NCBI GenBank assembly: GCA_963712115.1
Contig: CAVQGX010000030.1
Location: 170,856 to 234,855 of the forward strand
Source of the DNA: an uncultured delta proteobacterium
GTDB taxonomy: Bacteria; Desulfobacterota; Syntrophobacteria; BM002
Direction: 5' to 3'
DNA: 64,000 nucleotides
The number at the start of each line of letters is the position of its first letter. The stretch's first letter is position 1. Position numbers and translations under genes: made by a program. Below the pieces are notes generated by a model. That model did not search any database, was not told the DNA's origin, and was given only the letters and a program-made list of their open reading frames with translations. This document shows, in pieces, positions 50,632 through 60,755 of this stretch.

Positions 50632-51435
50632 ATGATTAGAGCAATAGTAGCGGGGGCAGCGGGAAGGATGGGTGGCCGAATTATCCATACCATTGAAGCC
50701 ACGGAGGGAATTACACTTGCCGCTGCTTTTGAGCGGGCAGATCATCCTTGTGTAGGTTCTGATGTTGGCGAGGTAATCGGCCTGGGAGCGAAGGGATTGA
50801 AGATTGCTCCTGACCTGCAGTCGGTCCTGAACGCAGGGGATGTGTTAATAGATTTTACTCACCATGAGGCTTCGGTAGGACATCTTCGCCTGGCAGCGGC
50901 TGCCAGAAAACCTGTGGTAATCGGGACTACCGGATTTACTGGTGATGAATTGGAAATCATAGGCAAGTTGGCCAGGGAAACACCTTGTGTTCAAGCACCC
51001 AATATGAGTATGGGTGTCAATTTGATGTTCAAAGTTGTGCAAGATATGGCCAAGGCCTTAGGTGATGGATTCGACGTGGAGATTATTGAGGCTCACCACC
51101 ATCACAAAAAAGATGCCCCGAGCGGGACTGCGGTGAAGCTTGCCGAGAATCTTGCCGCTGCCCTAGGACGAAACCTTGAGGAGGTAGGGGTTTATAAAAG
51201 ACATGGCATGATAGGCGAACGGCGACCAGAGGAGATTGGAATCCAGACCATTCGGGGAGGTGACATTGTCGGAGAGCACACTGTGCTTTTTGCAGGAGTC
51301 GGTGAGCGACTCGAGTTGACGCACAGAGCTCACAGTCGGGATAATTTCGCTCGCGGTGCGGTAAAAGCCGCGAGGTGGATTGTGAATCAACCCCCCGGGA
51401 TTTACGACATGCAGAATGTTCTGGGACTGAAATAA
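50632..51435 (+). CDS. dapB: 4-hydroxy-tetrahydrodipicolinate reductase
   Basis: GAAGRMG, VIGTTG, EAHHHHKKDAPSGTA. Confidence 0.97.
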   Translation: MIRAIVAGAAGRMGGRIIHTIEATEGITLAAAFERADHPCVGSDVGEVIGLGAKGLKIAPDLQSVLNAGDVLIDFTHHEASVGHLRLAAAARKPVVIGTTGFTGDELEIIGKLARETPCVQAPNMSMGVNLMFKVVQDMAKALGDGFDVEIIEAHHHHKKDAPSGTAVKLAENLAAALGRNLEEVGVYKRHGMIGERRPEEIGIQTIRGGDIVGEHTVLFAGVGERLELTHRAHSRDNFARGAVKAARWIVNQPPGIYDMQNVLGLK

Positions 51436-51436
51436 A

Positions 51437-51617
51437 CAGCAGGCAGCAGACAGCGAGCAGGTAGTTAATTAGAGAATTAAAGAACTAGAAGATTAGTATA
51501 AATAAGCAACGCGCTAACGATTTACCGTTCACCGTTTACCATTTACGACTTGAACGATTTGAACGGCTTCAACGATTTGAACGACTTGACTAATCAACTA
51601 ATTGACTAATCGACCAA
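51437..51617. repeat. Composite arrays filling the dapB-folK spacer
   Basis: CAGCAGG, 9-nt AATTAGAG-type, TTACCGT, AACGA(T/C)TTG and TTGACTAA modules running up to the folK ATG. Confidence 0.8.
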
Positions 51618-52115
51618 ATGCAAAGACATCAGGCCTACATTGGATTCGGCTCCAACCTGGGTAATCGTTTGAGCAACTGCAGGAATGCTATCGGAGCCTT
51701 GGCAGCACTGCCTTTTTGCACTCTGCTCAAAACCTCGTCATTCTATGAAACTTCACCAGTTGGCTTGGTGGAACAGCCAGCCTTCATCAACGGGGTAGTT
51801 CTGCTGGAGACAGCTGAGGATGCCCATTGGCTCTTACGCCAAATGGTGGAAATCGAAAAAACCTTCGGCAGAATTCGTACTCTCAAATGGGGTCCCCGAT
51901 CAATTGATCTGGACCTGCTCTTTTTTGACGATCAGATAATCAACACACCCGAGCTATCTGTGCCCCACCCCTTACTCCATGAGCGGCGCTTTGTGCTTGA
52001 ACCGCTTAATGAAGTCGCTCCCAATTTCCGCCATCCTTGTTTGGGGAAAAGCGTGGCTGATCTTCGGCATGAGCTGAATGACGGGGATCAGCGGGTGGAG
52101 GTACTCAAAATCTGA
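51618..52115 (+). CDS. folK: 6-hydroxymethyl-7,8-dihydropterin pyrophosphokinase
   Basis: IGFGSNLG, WGPRSIDLDLL, VPHP..ERRFVL. Confidence 0.96.
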   Translation: MQRHQAYIGFGSNLGNRLSNCRNAIGALAALPFCTLLKTSSFYETSPVGLVEQPAFINGVVLLETAEDAHWLLRQMVEIEKTFGRIRTLKWGPRSIDLDLLFFDDQIINTPELSVPHPLLHERRFVLEPLNEVAPNFRHPCLGKSVADLRHELNDGDQRVEVLKI

Positions 52116-52390
52116 TGATTCGCCTTGCTGTCTTTGTTTTTCTGGTGATTGTTGTTTACAAGCTGTTGAGTGGTTTGCTAAAAGGTTTTGGTGCTTCAGA
52201 CAAACAAGAGGTCTCTGGTGATCGAATCGCAGCAGATTTGATCCAAGACCCCCAATGCGGTGCTTACATTCTTCCGGCGCAGGGAGTTAGCGCCAGAATG
52301 GGGGGCAAGACCTTCCATTTCTGCAGTGAAAGCTGCAAAGATAAATACCTTCTGGGGCAATCAGAGAAGTCAAACGACAAGACTGGCTGA
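52115..52390 (+). CDS. TM + YHS/TRASH domain protein
   Basis: QDPQCGAYI..FHFCSESC. Confidence 0.85.
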   Translation: MIRLAVFVFLVIVVYKLLSGLLKGFGASDKQEVSGDRIAADLIQDPQCGAYILPAQGVSARMGGKTFHFCSESCKDKYLLGQSEKSNDKTG

Positions 52391-52483
52391 GTTAGCATAT
52401 CCCTAGCTCAAGTCTATCCATATCTTCAGACGATATAATATTGCGGAATTTAGGGACTATAAAGATGAGGAGCTGTTTTCGGA

Positions 52484-52611
52484 TACTGGAGTATTGGAGT
52501 AACTGAAAATTCCAAATAAAAAAGCACCGTTACTGAGGTTTCAGTGTTCAGGTTTCAGGTTTTACCCTTTATTTTTCTTTTTGCTGAAACCTGACACCTG
52601 ACACCCTGAGA
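52484..52611. repeat. Nested-repeat element, left half plus GGTTTCA hairpin
   Basis: tactggagtattggagta..aaaattccaaataaaaaagcacc..aggtttcagtgttcagg..ctgaaacctgacacctgacaccctgagat. Confidence 0.8.
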
Positions 52612-52763
52612 TGGGGAACAAGAATTGCATCGGAATAGCATGCGGTTGCCCTGCAGCAAGGGAAGGCTTTGCGGGTTTGTCCGGTGCAATTCAAACAATA
52701 GTGTAGAGCTTCCCCTTCTTCGTTAGTTGGGGACAACCGAAACGCAGAAACAGGAGGCTGTGA

Positions 52764-53423
52764 ATGAAGTTTTTCATTGATACTGCCAACCTCGACGAGA
52801 TTAGAGAGGCCAAAGAACTTGGCATGATTGACGGGGTAACTACCAACCCCACGTTGGTGGCCAAGGAAGGGTGTAAGAATAGAGGAGATTTCAAGAAGCT
52901 CATTTACGAGATTTGTGAAGTTGTTCAGGGTCCCGTGAGCGCCGAGGTGGTAAGCACAGACGTGGATGGCATGGTGAAGGAAGCCAGGGAGCTTGCCGAA
53001 ATTCATGAGCATGTGGTGGTCAAGATTCCGATGATTACTGATGGGCTTAAAGCGACACACCAATTGGCAGAGGCAGGTATCAAGATCAATGTCACCCTGG
53101 TTTTTTCTCCCCTGCAAGCCCTTTTGGCAGCCAAAGCTGGCGCAACTTATGTGAGTCCTTTCGTAGGACGGCTGGACGATATCTCCCAAACAGGGATGGA
53201 ACTGGTGGCGCAAATACTAGAAATATATCAAAACTACATATTTGACACCGAGGTACTAGTGGCCAGCATTCGAAATCCCTTGCACGTGCTTGAGGCGGCC
53301 CAAATGGGGGCTGACGTGGCTACTATTCCGTTTAAGGTGATCTCCCAGCTAGCGAAACATCCACTCACTGATATCGGTATGAAACAATTTCTAGATGACT
53401 GGAAAAAGGTGGATTCGACCTAA
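52764..53423 (+). CDS. Transaldolase / fructose-6-phosphate aldolase family (type 3B)
   Basis: [29 protein letters not shown]. Confidence 0.95.
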   Translation: MKFFIDTANLDEIREAKELGMIDGVTTNPTLVAKEGCKNRGDFKKLIYEICEVVQGPVSAEVVSTDVDGMVKEARELAEIHEHVVVKIPMITDGLKATHQLAEAGIKINVTLVFSPLQALLAAKAGATYVSPFVGRLDDISQTGMELVAQILEIYQNYIFDTEVLVASIRNPLHVLEAAQMGADVATIPFKVISQLAKHPLTDIGMKQFLDDWKKVDST

Positions 53424-53478
53424 ATAGGAACTATTAAGTTCGACTTGGCAAGGGCATGACTTCTCTACGAATAGGCTG

Positions 53479-54093
53479 ATGACCAAGATGTCACTTTGGC
53501 TTCTGCGAAATTCAAGGCTTAAATGGCTTTTGGCACTAGTGCTGCTGGCTCCCTTCGCCAGGCCCGTTTGCGCAGATATCTATCGCTACGTAGATGAAGA
53601 CGGAGTAATTCATTTCTCCAATGTCCCCAACCACTATCGGTATCGTCTCTACATTAGCGATGGAAACATGGACTATCAGGCCTACTTCGATCGCTACGAC
53701 AAAATAATAAGACAAGCTGCCCGAAAACACGGGGTAGACTCTTCCCTAATAAAGGCAGTGATCAGGGCTGAGTCGGACTTTGATAAACATGCGGTCTCCA
53801 GTAAGGGGGCGCAAGGGTTGATGCAGCTCATGCCCGAGACCGCCAAAGAGCTGGAGGTCGAAGATTCCTTCGATCCCAAGGAAAATATCCATGCCGGCGT
53901 CCGTTATTTGAAGAGGCAGCTGAAGAATTTCCAAAACGACGTTTCTTTAGCCCTGGCGGCTTACAATGCCGGCGAGAATGCCGTACGCAGATACGGGCAC
54001 CGTATTCCACCATACAAAGAAACCAGGACCTTTGTTGATCGGGTTCTCCGTTACTGGGACGAGTTTAATCTTCAGGGGCAAAATAAACACTGA
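53479..54093 (+). CDS. Lytic transglycosylase (SLT) with DUF4124-like N-terminus
   Basis: ADIYRYVDEDGVIHFSN; AESDF, GAQGLMQLMP, AAYNAG. Confidence 0.92.
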   Translation: MTKMSLWLLRNSRLKWLLALVLLAPFARPVCADIYRYVDEDGVIHFSNVPNHYRYRLYISDGNMDYQAYFDRYDKIIRQAARKHGVDSSLIKAVIRAESDFDKHAVSSKGAQGLMQLMPETAKELEVEDSFDPKENIHAGVRYLKRQLKNFQNDVSLALAAYNAGENAVRRYGHRIPPYKETRTFVDRVLRYWDEFNLQGQNKH

Positions 54094-54170
54094 CACTTTA
54101 GCCATTCTTTGAGTTATACTTCTGCGAACAGCAAGCCATTATCCTAGTCCTATAAAATTTGGGTGGGAGT

Positions 54171-54758
54171 ATGAGTGCAGAAGGGAAGAAATCTATTTTC
54201 AACCTGCCCAATTCACTAACCCTCTTCAGAATAGCTTGTATACCTGTCCTCGTTCTTCTCTTGTTTTTTCCCCACAAGGCTACAAGCTTCCTAGCGGCGC
54301 TGGTGTTTGGACTGGCCTCTCTTTCTGACCTTCTTGACGGGTTTCTTGCTCGCCGTCAGCAGTTAGTCACAACCTTCGGCAAGTTCCTTGATCCCATGGC
54401 TGACAAGCTCGTGGTTTCGGCAGCCCTGATCATGCTCATTCCTCTTGGCCGGGCCCCCGCCTGGATGGTTGTGGTGATTGTGGGTAGGGAGTTGGCAATA
54501 ACAGGACTGCGCTCTATGGCCTTGTCGGAAGGGAAGGTGATCAGTGCCGACGAACTGGGAAAAAAGAAGATGGTTTTTCAGATCGTCGCTATTCTTGGCT
54601 TACTCCTCCATTATGAATACTTCGGGATCAATTTCCACGCCATCGGCATGTTTTTTCTGTGGCTGGCGGTGGTGCTGACACTCTGGTCAGGGTTCAATTA
54701 CTTCCGCAGGTTTTGGGATGTGCTTGAGGAGAACGAGAGCGACTTAGCCGACAGCTAG
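54171..54758 (+). CDS. pgsA: CDP-diacylglycerol--glycerol-3-phosphate 3-phosphatidyltransferase
   Basis: NLPNSLTLFR, DLLDGFLAR..FGKFLDPMADK; tRNA-Gly follows. Confidence 0.95.
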   Translation: MSAEGKKSIFNLPNSLTLFRIACIPVLVLLLFFPHKATSFLAALVFGLASLSDLLDGFLARRQQLVTTFGKFLDPMADKLVVSAALIMLIPLGRAPAWMVVVIVGRELAITGLRSMALSEGKVISADELGKKKMVFQIVAILGLLLHYEYFGINFHAIGMFFLWLAVVLTLWSGFNYFRRFWDVLEENESDLADS

Positions 54759-54774
54759 CAGGCTGCTAAAGTAA

Positions 54775-55040
54775 GAAGTCAGAGGTCAGAGGTCAGAGGT
54801 CAGCAAGTCAAATCGTCAACTTGTCGAATAGTCAAATGGTTATGAATCGCCTTAATGACGAATTAACGATTTGACCAATCGACCAATCGACGAATTAACG
54901 AACTAACGGTTTTAACGACTTGAACGACTTTTACGATTTCTACGGTTTTTACGATTTACTGCTCACCGCTTACTGCTTACCGCTCACTTTAGGTTTGAAC
55001 GATTTCAACCACTTGAACGACTTGAACGTTTTGAACGACC
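54775..55040. repeat. Composite arrays including the 120-bp unit (54792-54911)
   Basis: TCAGAGG x4, octamer hairpin, 9-mer arrays, TTAC(C/T)GC heptamers. Confidence 0.88.
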
Positions 55041-55051
55041 TAAGTTTATTC

Positions 55052-55079
55052 TTGACAAATACGTCATCTTTGCTAAGCT
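55052..55079 (+). promoter_or_regulatory. Putative sigma70 promoter of tRNA-Gly
   Basis: TTGACA-16 nt-TAAGCT with an extended TG. Confidence 0.6.
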
Positions 55080-55097
55080 AACTTTTACTAAAATTAA

Positions 55098-55172
<75 letters not shown>

Positions 55173-55180
55173 TTGCTTAG

Positions 55181-55210
55181 AAGCGCCTGATCCTCGGGCG
55201 CTTTTTTGTT
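55181..55210 (+). terminator. Rho-independent terminator
   Basis: aagcgcctg-atcct-cgggcgctt followed by tttt. Confidence 0.8.
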
Positions 55211-55306
55211 GGCTGAAAATGGCGGTTATTTCGTATAGAGTGATGTAGTATAAACTTTTACAGTTGAGATAGTGGGCAGGGAACCTATAAGGAGAAGGGG
55301 GAGGAG

Positions 55307-55819
55307 ATGACGGGGAAGCAGTTTAGCTTAATAATGGCTCTGGCCCTATCCATTAGCTTGTTTGGTGGGATGGCTACTACAATCCGTGCTGGTGATACTG
55401 AGATTCCCCTTCTTCGTGGTCTCAAAGAGGTGTTCGTAGAGGTAGAAGATCTAGATTTTAAACTTGAACGGGAGGGCCTAACTACAGACCACTTAAGAAC
55501 GGACGCTGTGAATAAACTTAAGATGGCTGGAATCAAGGTTCAATCAGAAAAAGAGTCAATGACAACGCCAGGAAGCCCACACCTTCACATAATGGTCAAG
55601 GTTTTAGGTACTGCCACAGGAAATTATGCGGCGCACATTCGAGTCGAGTTACGGGAGGCAGTGAGTTTGGTGAGACATCCTGGTATGGAGGTTTTTACGA
55701 GCACATGGACTACTGGAAAATTTGGTGTGACTCATTCATTATCAGATGTCAGACGGCAGGAACAAGAACTGATAGATAAGTTTGTCAACGAATATCTAGC
55801 GGCAAACCCTAAACAGTAA
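55307..55819 (+). CDS. Secreted hypothetical protein
   Basis: Signal peptide, strong RBS; LRGLKEVFVEVE..KLKMAGIKV..IDKFVNEYLAANP. Confidence 0.75.
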   Translation: MTGKQFSLIMALALSISLFGGMATTIRAGDTEIPLLRGLKEVFVEVEDLDFKLEREGLTTDHLRTDAVNKLKMAGIKVQSEKESMTTPGSPHLHIMVKVLGTATGNYAAHIRVELREAVSLVRHPGMEVFTSTWTTGKFGVTHSLSDVRRQEQELIDKFVNEYLAANPKQ

Positions 55820-55933
55820 GGGGTATTTTCTAGCATCCTGCTTGGGATGCCTTCGCAAAAGAAAGGTCGCCGAAGTAACCTAAGAAAGTATTAGTAAATC
55901 CTCCTCCCTTGAGTAAGTGTTGCTGGCTTCATT

Positions 55934-56233
55934 TTATTCAGCCTTGCCGGTGATCCTTTTCCAGTAATACCATAATCGATAAGGTGCCAAGCTCATGAAC
56001 GCACAGATGGCGAAGCCCATGGGATGCCTGAAGGCACCAGCGGTATTAGCCTTTATTTCTCTCCATACCCACCACTTGGCCTTATCCCCTAAATGGTAAA
56101 GTTCGTGAGCGGTTACAAATTCTTTGACAAATCCTGGCAGGTCATCTCTAACGTAGGCTACCTGTTTTGAGGGCACGGCGTAGCCAAATCTAGGATAGAG
56201 CTGCTCTTTGCTGCAATAAAAGATTTCTGGCAT
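55934..56233 (-). CDS. Small hypothetical protein with an HExxH motif
   Basis: FVTAHELYH..REIKAN; C-terminal hydrophobic segment. Confidence 0.55.
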   Translation of the reverse strand: MPEIFYCSKEQLYPRFGYAVPSKQVAYVRDDLPGFVKEFVTAHELYHLGDKAKWWVWREIKANTAGAFRHPMGFAICAFMSLAPYRLWYYWKRITGKAE

Positions 56234-56590
56234 TTTTCCACTCTGAGTATAGGTATCACCGAGTCAATCTACCAGCTTTCAACACTACTTGCAAAAGGGG
56301 AAAAAGGTTGCCTCTAAGTTGCAGAATGGGTTAGACTCCAAACAACTTTTCCGGGAATCCCACTTCCCGCTCCAGTAAAAATTGAGGCTTCAGATATGGA
56401 AGCCTTTTTTGTTGCCCCAGGTCATAACAACCTTGTCAGGGAGGTACTATGAGCTCGATTCGGACCTATGCTCTGTGGATTATGCAGTTTGCACTATTAG
56501 TCCTGGGCAGTACTTTTTCTGGCAGATAACTCTCATGCCTTTTTTGAAAATGCCAGATACCGAACCTTCAACAAACAGGAGATTCAGATC

Positions 56591-57088
56591 ATGGAACAGA
56601 CAACGGCCACAATTGAAACAAAATTCGGCGAGATCACTTTGAAATTTTTTCCCGAAGTTGCTCCTAACCACGTGAACAGTTTTATCAAATTGGCAAGCGA
56701 TGGCTTTTACGATGGTACCACCTTTCACAGAATTGTTCCTGGGTTTGTCATCCAAGGGGGTGACCCCAATACAAAGAGCGACGACAGGTCAAGACACGGC
56801 ATGGGCGGTCCCGGCTTCACCCTGAAGGCAGAATTCAGTAAATTACCTCATAAGAGAGGTAGCCTTTCCATGGCGAGAGCTGCACATCCTGACAGTGCCG
56901 GCTCGCAATTCTTCATTTGCGTTGCTGATGCACCATTTCTGGATGGTGAATATACGATCTTCGGTGAGGTCGTCGAGGGGATGGATGTGGTGGACAAGAT
57001 CGTCTCTCAAGCAAAGGACCAGAGAGACAATCCTATCGAACGGGTCGAGATGAAAGTCAAGGTGGTGGCTCCTAAGGAGAAGCCCTAG
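56591..57088 (+). CDS. Peptidyl-prolyl cis-trans isomerase (cyclophilin)
   Basis: FYDGTTFHRIVPGFVIQGGDP, SMAR, GSQFFI, YTIFGEV. Confidence 0.96.
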   Translation: MEQTTATIETKFGEITLKFFPEVAPNHVNSFIKLASDGFYDGTTFHRIVPGFVIQGGDPNTKSDDRSRHGMGGPGFTLKAEFSKLPHKRGSLSMARAAHPDSAGSQFFICVADAPFLDGEYTIFGEVVEGMDVVDKIVSQAKDQRDNPIERVEMKVKVVAPKEKP

Positions 57089-57101
57089 GACAGAGGACAA
57101 A

Positions 57102-57256
57102 ACAGCTGGCAGCGGGCAACTGGCAGAACGCAGAAATCGGAGGTCGGAAGTCAGAGGTCAGTGGACATGGTTAAAACTGATCTCTGACCTCCGACTTCTG
57201 ACCTCTATGATAGACGATTTAAACGATTTGACTAATTAACAAATTACCTAATTGAC
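57102..57256. repeat. TCGGAGG/TCAGAGG ... TCTGACC heptamer hairpin plus 8/9-mers between convergent genes
   Basis: aatcggaggtcggaagtcagaggtcag ... ctgatctctgacctccgacttctgacctct. Confidence 0.85.
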
Positions 57257-57257
57257 C

Positions 57258-59213
57258 CTAAGCTGACTTCGCTGGAAGCGAAATAGTGATGGTGCACCCT
57301 GGACCGTGGTTGTTGTCCGCTTTGACCGAGCCTCCCATAAGAGTGACAAGTTTATTCACCAAGGCCAGCCCTATGCCGGTTCCCCCGGTGGTTCGGGTGA
57401 CGTCACTGTCCACCCGATAGAAATCATCGAAAACTTTTTTTAGATCATGACGAGGTATGCCCGGTCCGGTGTCGGATACGCTGATCTTCGCCATATCCGG
57501 CTCGGAATAAACCTTGATGGTAATTTCGCGACTGGGCATGGACTTGCCGAACTTCATGCTGTTGTCGATCAGATTGATGAGGATTTGAATCATTGCTTCC
57601 CGGTCATACTTGAATGGTGGTAACTCTTCCATTTCCACCTTCAGGCTGAATCCTTCCTGCCGAAGTTTTTCCTGCATGACCTCTTTTACTTCTTGAATGA
57701 CCTCTTCCAAGGTGCCCTCTCTAAGGTCTAGACGGGTCTGTTGCTTCTCGAATTTGGAAAACTCCAGAACATTGTTTATTAAACGAGACAAACGGGAACT
57801 CTCTGACCCCAATATCCTGAAGTACTCTTGCTCCCGCTCTGGGTCACGGGCTATTCCTTGCTCCAGCATTTCTATGTACATTCGAATGTTTGTCAGTGGA
57901 GTTTTCAACTCGTGGGTAACTGATGAGACGAATCTGGAACGGCGCTCTGACAAAGCCATCACTCCCCTGGCACTTTGATAGATGGCGAAAAGTCCCATTA
58001 GGACAATAAAGGCAAGGACAACCATCATTATGTTCAAAGTGCTCCGGCCCACCGATCTTGGTATGCGGTCGCAAGTGAGGGTTGCCCGGAGGAAAGAGAA
58101 GGGGCGGGGAAAGGTCCGTTCAAGGGAGAAGTTAGCATGTTGGACAGTGGCACCAGACTGATGTGAGGTTGTTTCTTCGCCCCGGTCTATTACTGACAAG
58201 CGTAGATTGGCAAAGGCCGCCATGGGCTGCCTAGAAAAGTACTCTTCTGCCAGGTGGGCTAGAAACTCGTTTACCAGTAAAACGAACCCCTGGCGAAATA
58301 TCTGGTTATTAATCACAATACGTCTGAAGATAAAAATCTGCCGGTCATTAATGAAAACGGCTTGCAGGGGGTCCACTTCAACCTGGAGCTTTGCTGAATC
58401 CATTAAAGGGGAAGGGGCTGAAGGTCGGATAGGGGCAGCTCCATATCTGCCCTCAGGCACAACCCCTTTATCCTTGATCGGTTCGCCGGATGTGCGAACA
58501 CCTACTTCAGAGAGGGCCTCCTTCGGTGCCTCTTCTTCGGCTTGTGTCTCTGGTTGTTGCCATCTCTGAGTTGCCGGCTGCTCCTGATCTCTTCGGGCAA
58601 GGTTGACCGCCTGGTCGGGCGTGATCTCCTCAACTCGTGATTTTTCCTGACCAAGAGAAGCTCTCGAGCTTTTTTTGGATCGGGAAAGATCAAGATACTT
58701 GTCGGCAAAGGTTGAAACTTGTTCTTTCTCCCTCTTTGCCAGTATTTCAGCAGATTTGGCTTCTGCGGGCTCGGCCACCGTAGTTCTTTTTTGATTGAAG
58801 ATCTTGTTTGCTTCATTTAATTGAGCCACCAGTTGGGTCCGCTCCGGTGGAATGGCTTCGTCACTCTTCAAAAGAGGCGTTTGAAATGATCCATCCGGGT
58901 CGTTTTGGAGATAACCGAGAATATAGGCTTTCTTGGAGGGCTGAGAAAGGGGTGAGGGTATAAGGTCCTGGGGAGCAGATATTTCCTGTGAGGGGGCGTA
59001 ATAGTAGCGGTACTGGTCGACAGGCCTAGCTTCCTCCTCCAGAACAAAAGAGGCAAGCTCTTCCTCCATCTGGTCGAAGAGGGTCACGGCAAAATAGCGA
59101 AGCTCTGAGATTTCCTCCTGCTCCAGACTCCAGTAGGTTCGCAGGACGAAATAGCCGAGTGGGATCGACAGGGCCACGCAAAAAATAAGTATTAGTATCT
59201 TAAGTTTTTTCAA
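57258..59213 (-). CDS. Sensor histidine kinase (2 TM, large periplasmic region)
   Basis: VTHELKTPL, NLIDNSMKF, DTGPG, GGTGIGL. Confidence 0.95.
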   Translation of the reverse strand: MKKLKILILIFCVALSIPLGYFVLRTYWSLEQEEISELRYFAVTLFDQMEEELASFVLEEEARPVDQYRYYYAPSQEISAPQDLIPSPLSQPSKKAYILGYLQNDPDGSFQTPLLKSDEAIPPERTQLVAQLNEANKIFNQKRTTVAEPAEAKSAEILAKREKEQVSTFADKYLDLSRSKKSSRASLGQEKSRVEEITPDQAVNLARRDQEQPATQRWQQPETQAEEEAPKEALSEVGVRTSGEPIKDKGVVPEGRYGAAPIRPSAPSPLMDSAKLQVEVDPLQAVFINDRQIFIFRRIVINNQIFRQGFVLLVNEFLAHLAEEYFSRQPMAAFANLRLSVIDRGEETTSHQSGATVQHANFSLERTFPRPFSFLRATLTCDRIPRSVGRSTLNIMMVVLAFIVLMGLFAIYQSARGVMALSERRSRFVSSVTHELKTPLTNIRMYIEMLEQGIARDPEREQEYFRILGSESSRLSRLINNVLEFSKFEKQQTRLDLREGTLEEVIQEVKEVMQEKLRQEGFSLKVEMEELPPFKYDREAMIQILINLIDNSMKFGKSMPSREITIKVYSEPDMAKISVSDTGPGIPRHDLKKVFDDFYRVDSDVTRTTGGTGIGLALVNKLVTLMGGSVKADNNHGPGCTITISLPAKSA

Positions 59214-59908
59214 TGTTCAGGCTCCAAACGGTATCCTTCACCCCGGACAGTGAGGATGAAGGGAATATCGTCTATAAGACTGCTGATTTTTTTTCTTAAT
59301 TTGAGCATGTGGATGTCAACGGTTCGGGTCTCAATGTCCGGGTCTGCATAGTTCCAAACCTCGGTGAGGAGTTCTTTCTTGGAAACAATCTGGTCCCTTT
59401 TGCGATGCAAATAAAGAATGATGTCCATCTCTCTTCTCGTCAGCTCTATGACGCGTTCGTTATAAGAGGCTATGAGTGTCTTGCCGTCAAAAAAAATACC
59501 ATGAGAATTGATCTGCTCATCCCCCAGATTCTTTCCAGCTCTCCTCAGCACTGCCTCAACCCGGACCATCAGTTCTCTGAGTGAGAAGGGTTTACTCACG
59601 TAATCGTCTGCGCCGGCCTTGAAACCGCTCACTATGTCGTCCTCTGAGCCTTTAGCTGTAAGGATAATGATTGGCTGATTTGGCTTTTCTTTCCGAATTT
59701 GTTTGCAAATACTGAAACCATCCAGGGTAGGAAGCATCACATCCAGGATGATCAAATCGTGTCTCTCTTCCAAAGCCTTCTCCAACCCCTCGCCACCATC
59801 TTCCACGCCTGCGGCTTGGTAACCGTTGAACACAAGAACGTCGACAAGCCCCTGGAGGATTGCCGTATCGTCTTCTACCACAAGTATGCTCGCCTTAGGT
59901 CTCTTCAT
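59210..59908 (-). CDS. OmpR-family response regulator
   Basis: ILVVEDD, LDVMLP, GADDYVSKPF, RTVDIH..LRKK, TVRGEGY. Confidence 0.96.
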   Translation of the reverse strand: MKRPKASILVVEDDTAILQGLVDVLVFNGYQAAGVEDGGEGLEKALEERHDLIILDVMLPTLDGFSICKQIRKEKPNQPIIILTAKGSEDDIVSGFKAGADDYVSKPFSLRELMVRVEAVLRRAGKNLGDEQINSHGIFFDGKTLIASYNERVIELTRREMDIILYLHRKRDQIVSKKELLTEVWNYADPDIETRTVDIHMLKLRKKISSLIDDIPFILTVRGEGYRLEPEH

Positions 59909-59928
59909 CGGGTCCTATTTACCTCATC

Positions 59929-60021
59929 CAGCAGTAAGCAGTAAGCGGTAAATCGTAAAAACCGTAGAAATCGTAAAAGTCGTCAAGTCGTTAGCTCACA
60001 GCTGATAGCTCACAGCTCACA
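59929..60021. repeat. GCAGTAA, 9-mer and AGCTCAC arrays abutting the IS remnant
   Basis: gcagtaagcagtaagcggtaa-atcgtaaaa-accgtagaa-atcgtaaaa ... agctcacagctgatagctcacagctcac. Confidence 0.8.
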
Positions 60022-60023
60022 GG

Positions 60024-60755
60024 AAGATTGTCATCTGTCGTCGACCTCGTGCTGAAAATGATGACCGCGCCATATTTAAGTCGGCGGTTCAACACTATAT
60101 AGATCTTCGCGATCAGCAGGTGGTGTTGAAGAACAAGATTAAAGCTATGTACCGTCACTGGGGTGTTATTGAGGTAACAGGCCAAGCCGTCTATGGCACC
60201 AGCCGTGATGATTATCTGCAAAGGGTGAAGCATCTTCATATTCGCAATCAACTTCATCGTCTCTATTGTCTAATGGATGAAACCGAGTCCATGCAAAAAA
60301 GAGCTCTTAAGGCAATGAAGCAACTCGGGCGTAAATATCCTGAGATCAAAGAATTCGAAAAGATGCCTGGCATAGGGGAGATTCTTTCCCATATTTTCGA
60401 TGCCTTCATTCAAACTCCCCACCGCTTTGCTCATAAGCGTAAACTCTGGCGCTATTGCCGCTTAGGGATCACCGATCGCTCCAGCGACGGTAAACCGCTG
60501 GGATTTAAACGGCTGGACAGATCCGGTGTCTCAGAACTCAAAGCCTTGAGCTATCGAGCATGGCTTGGTGCCATGGGAGGCGATAACGAGGTTAGAAAGT
60601 TTTACTCACGCTCCTTGCGGCAGACTCTAAGCCATGTCCATGCCAGACTCAATACCCAGCGAAAGATCATTGCCGTCATGTACGGCATGTGGAAAAGAGG
60701 AGATGCCTATAGGCCTGAACTGTTCCTGGATTCGCCACAGATGAACGTTGTCTAA
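60024..60755 (+). pseudogene. IS110-family transposase, 5'-truncated (RuvC/DEDD domain missing)
   Basis: MPGIGEIL, HRF..KRKLWRYCRLGITDRSSDGK, RKIIAVMYGMWK; in-frame stop at 60006-60008 inside a repeat array and no N-terminal DEDD domain. Confidence 0.8.

Noticed and set aside
52643-52739. SRP 4.5S RNA or cobalamin riboswitch
   Set aside because: It lacks the SRP GGAA/GCAG core and the other B12-box elements; kept only as an unassigned structure.
52569-53213. Long antisense ORFs (also 3960-4664, 38580-39146, 44021-44500 and 48571-49065)
   Set aside because: Shadow frames opposite well-supported housekeeping genes.
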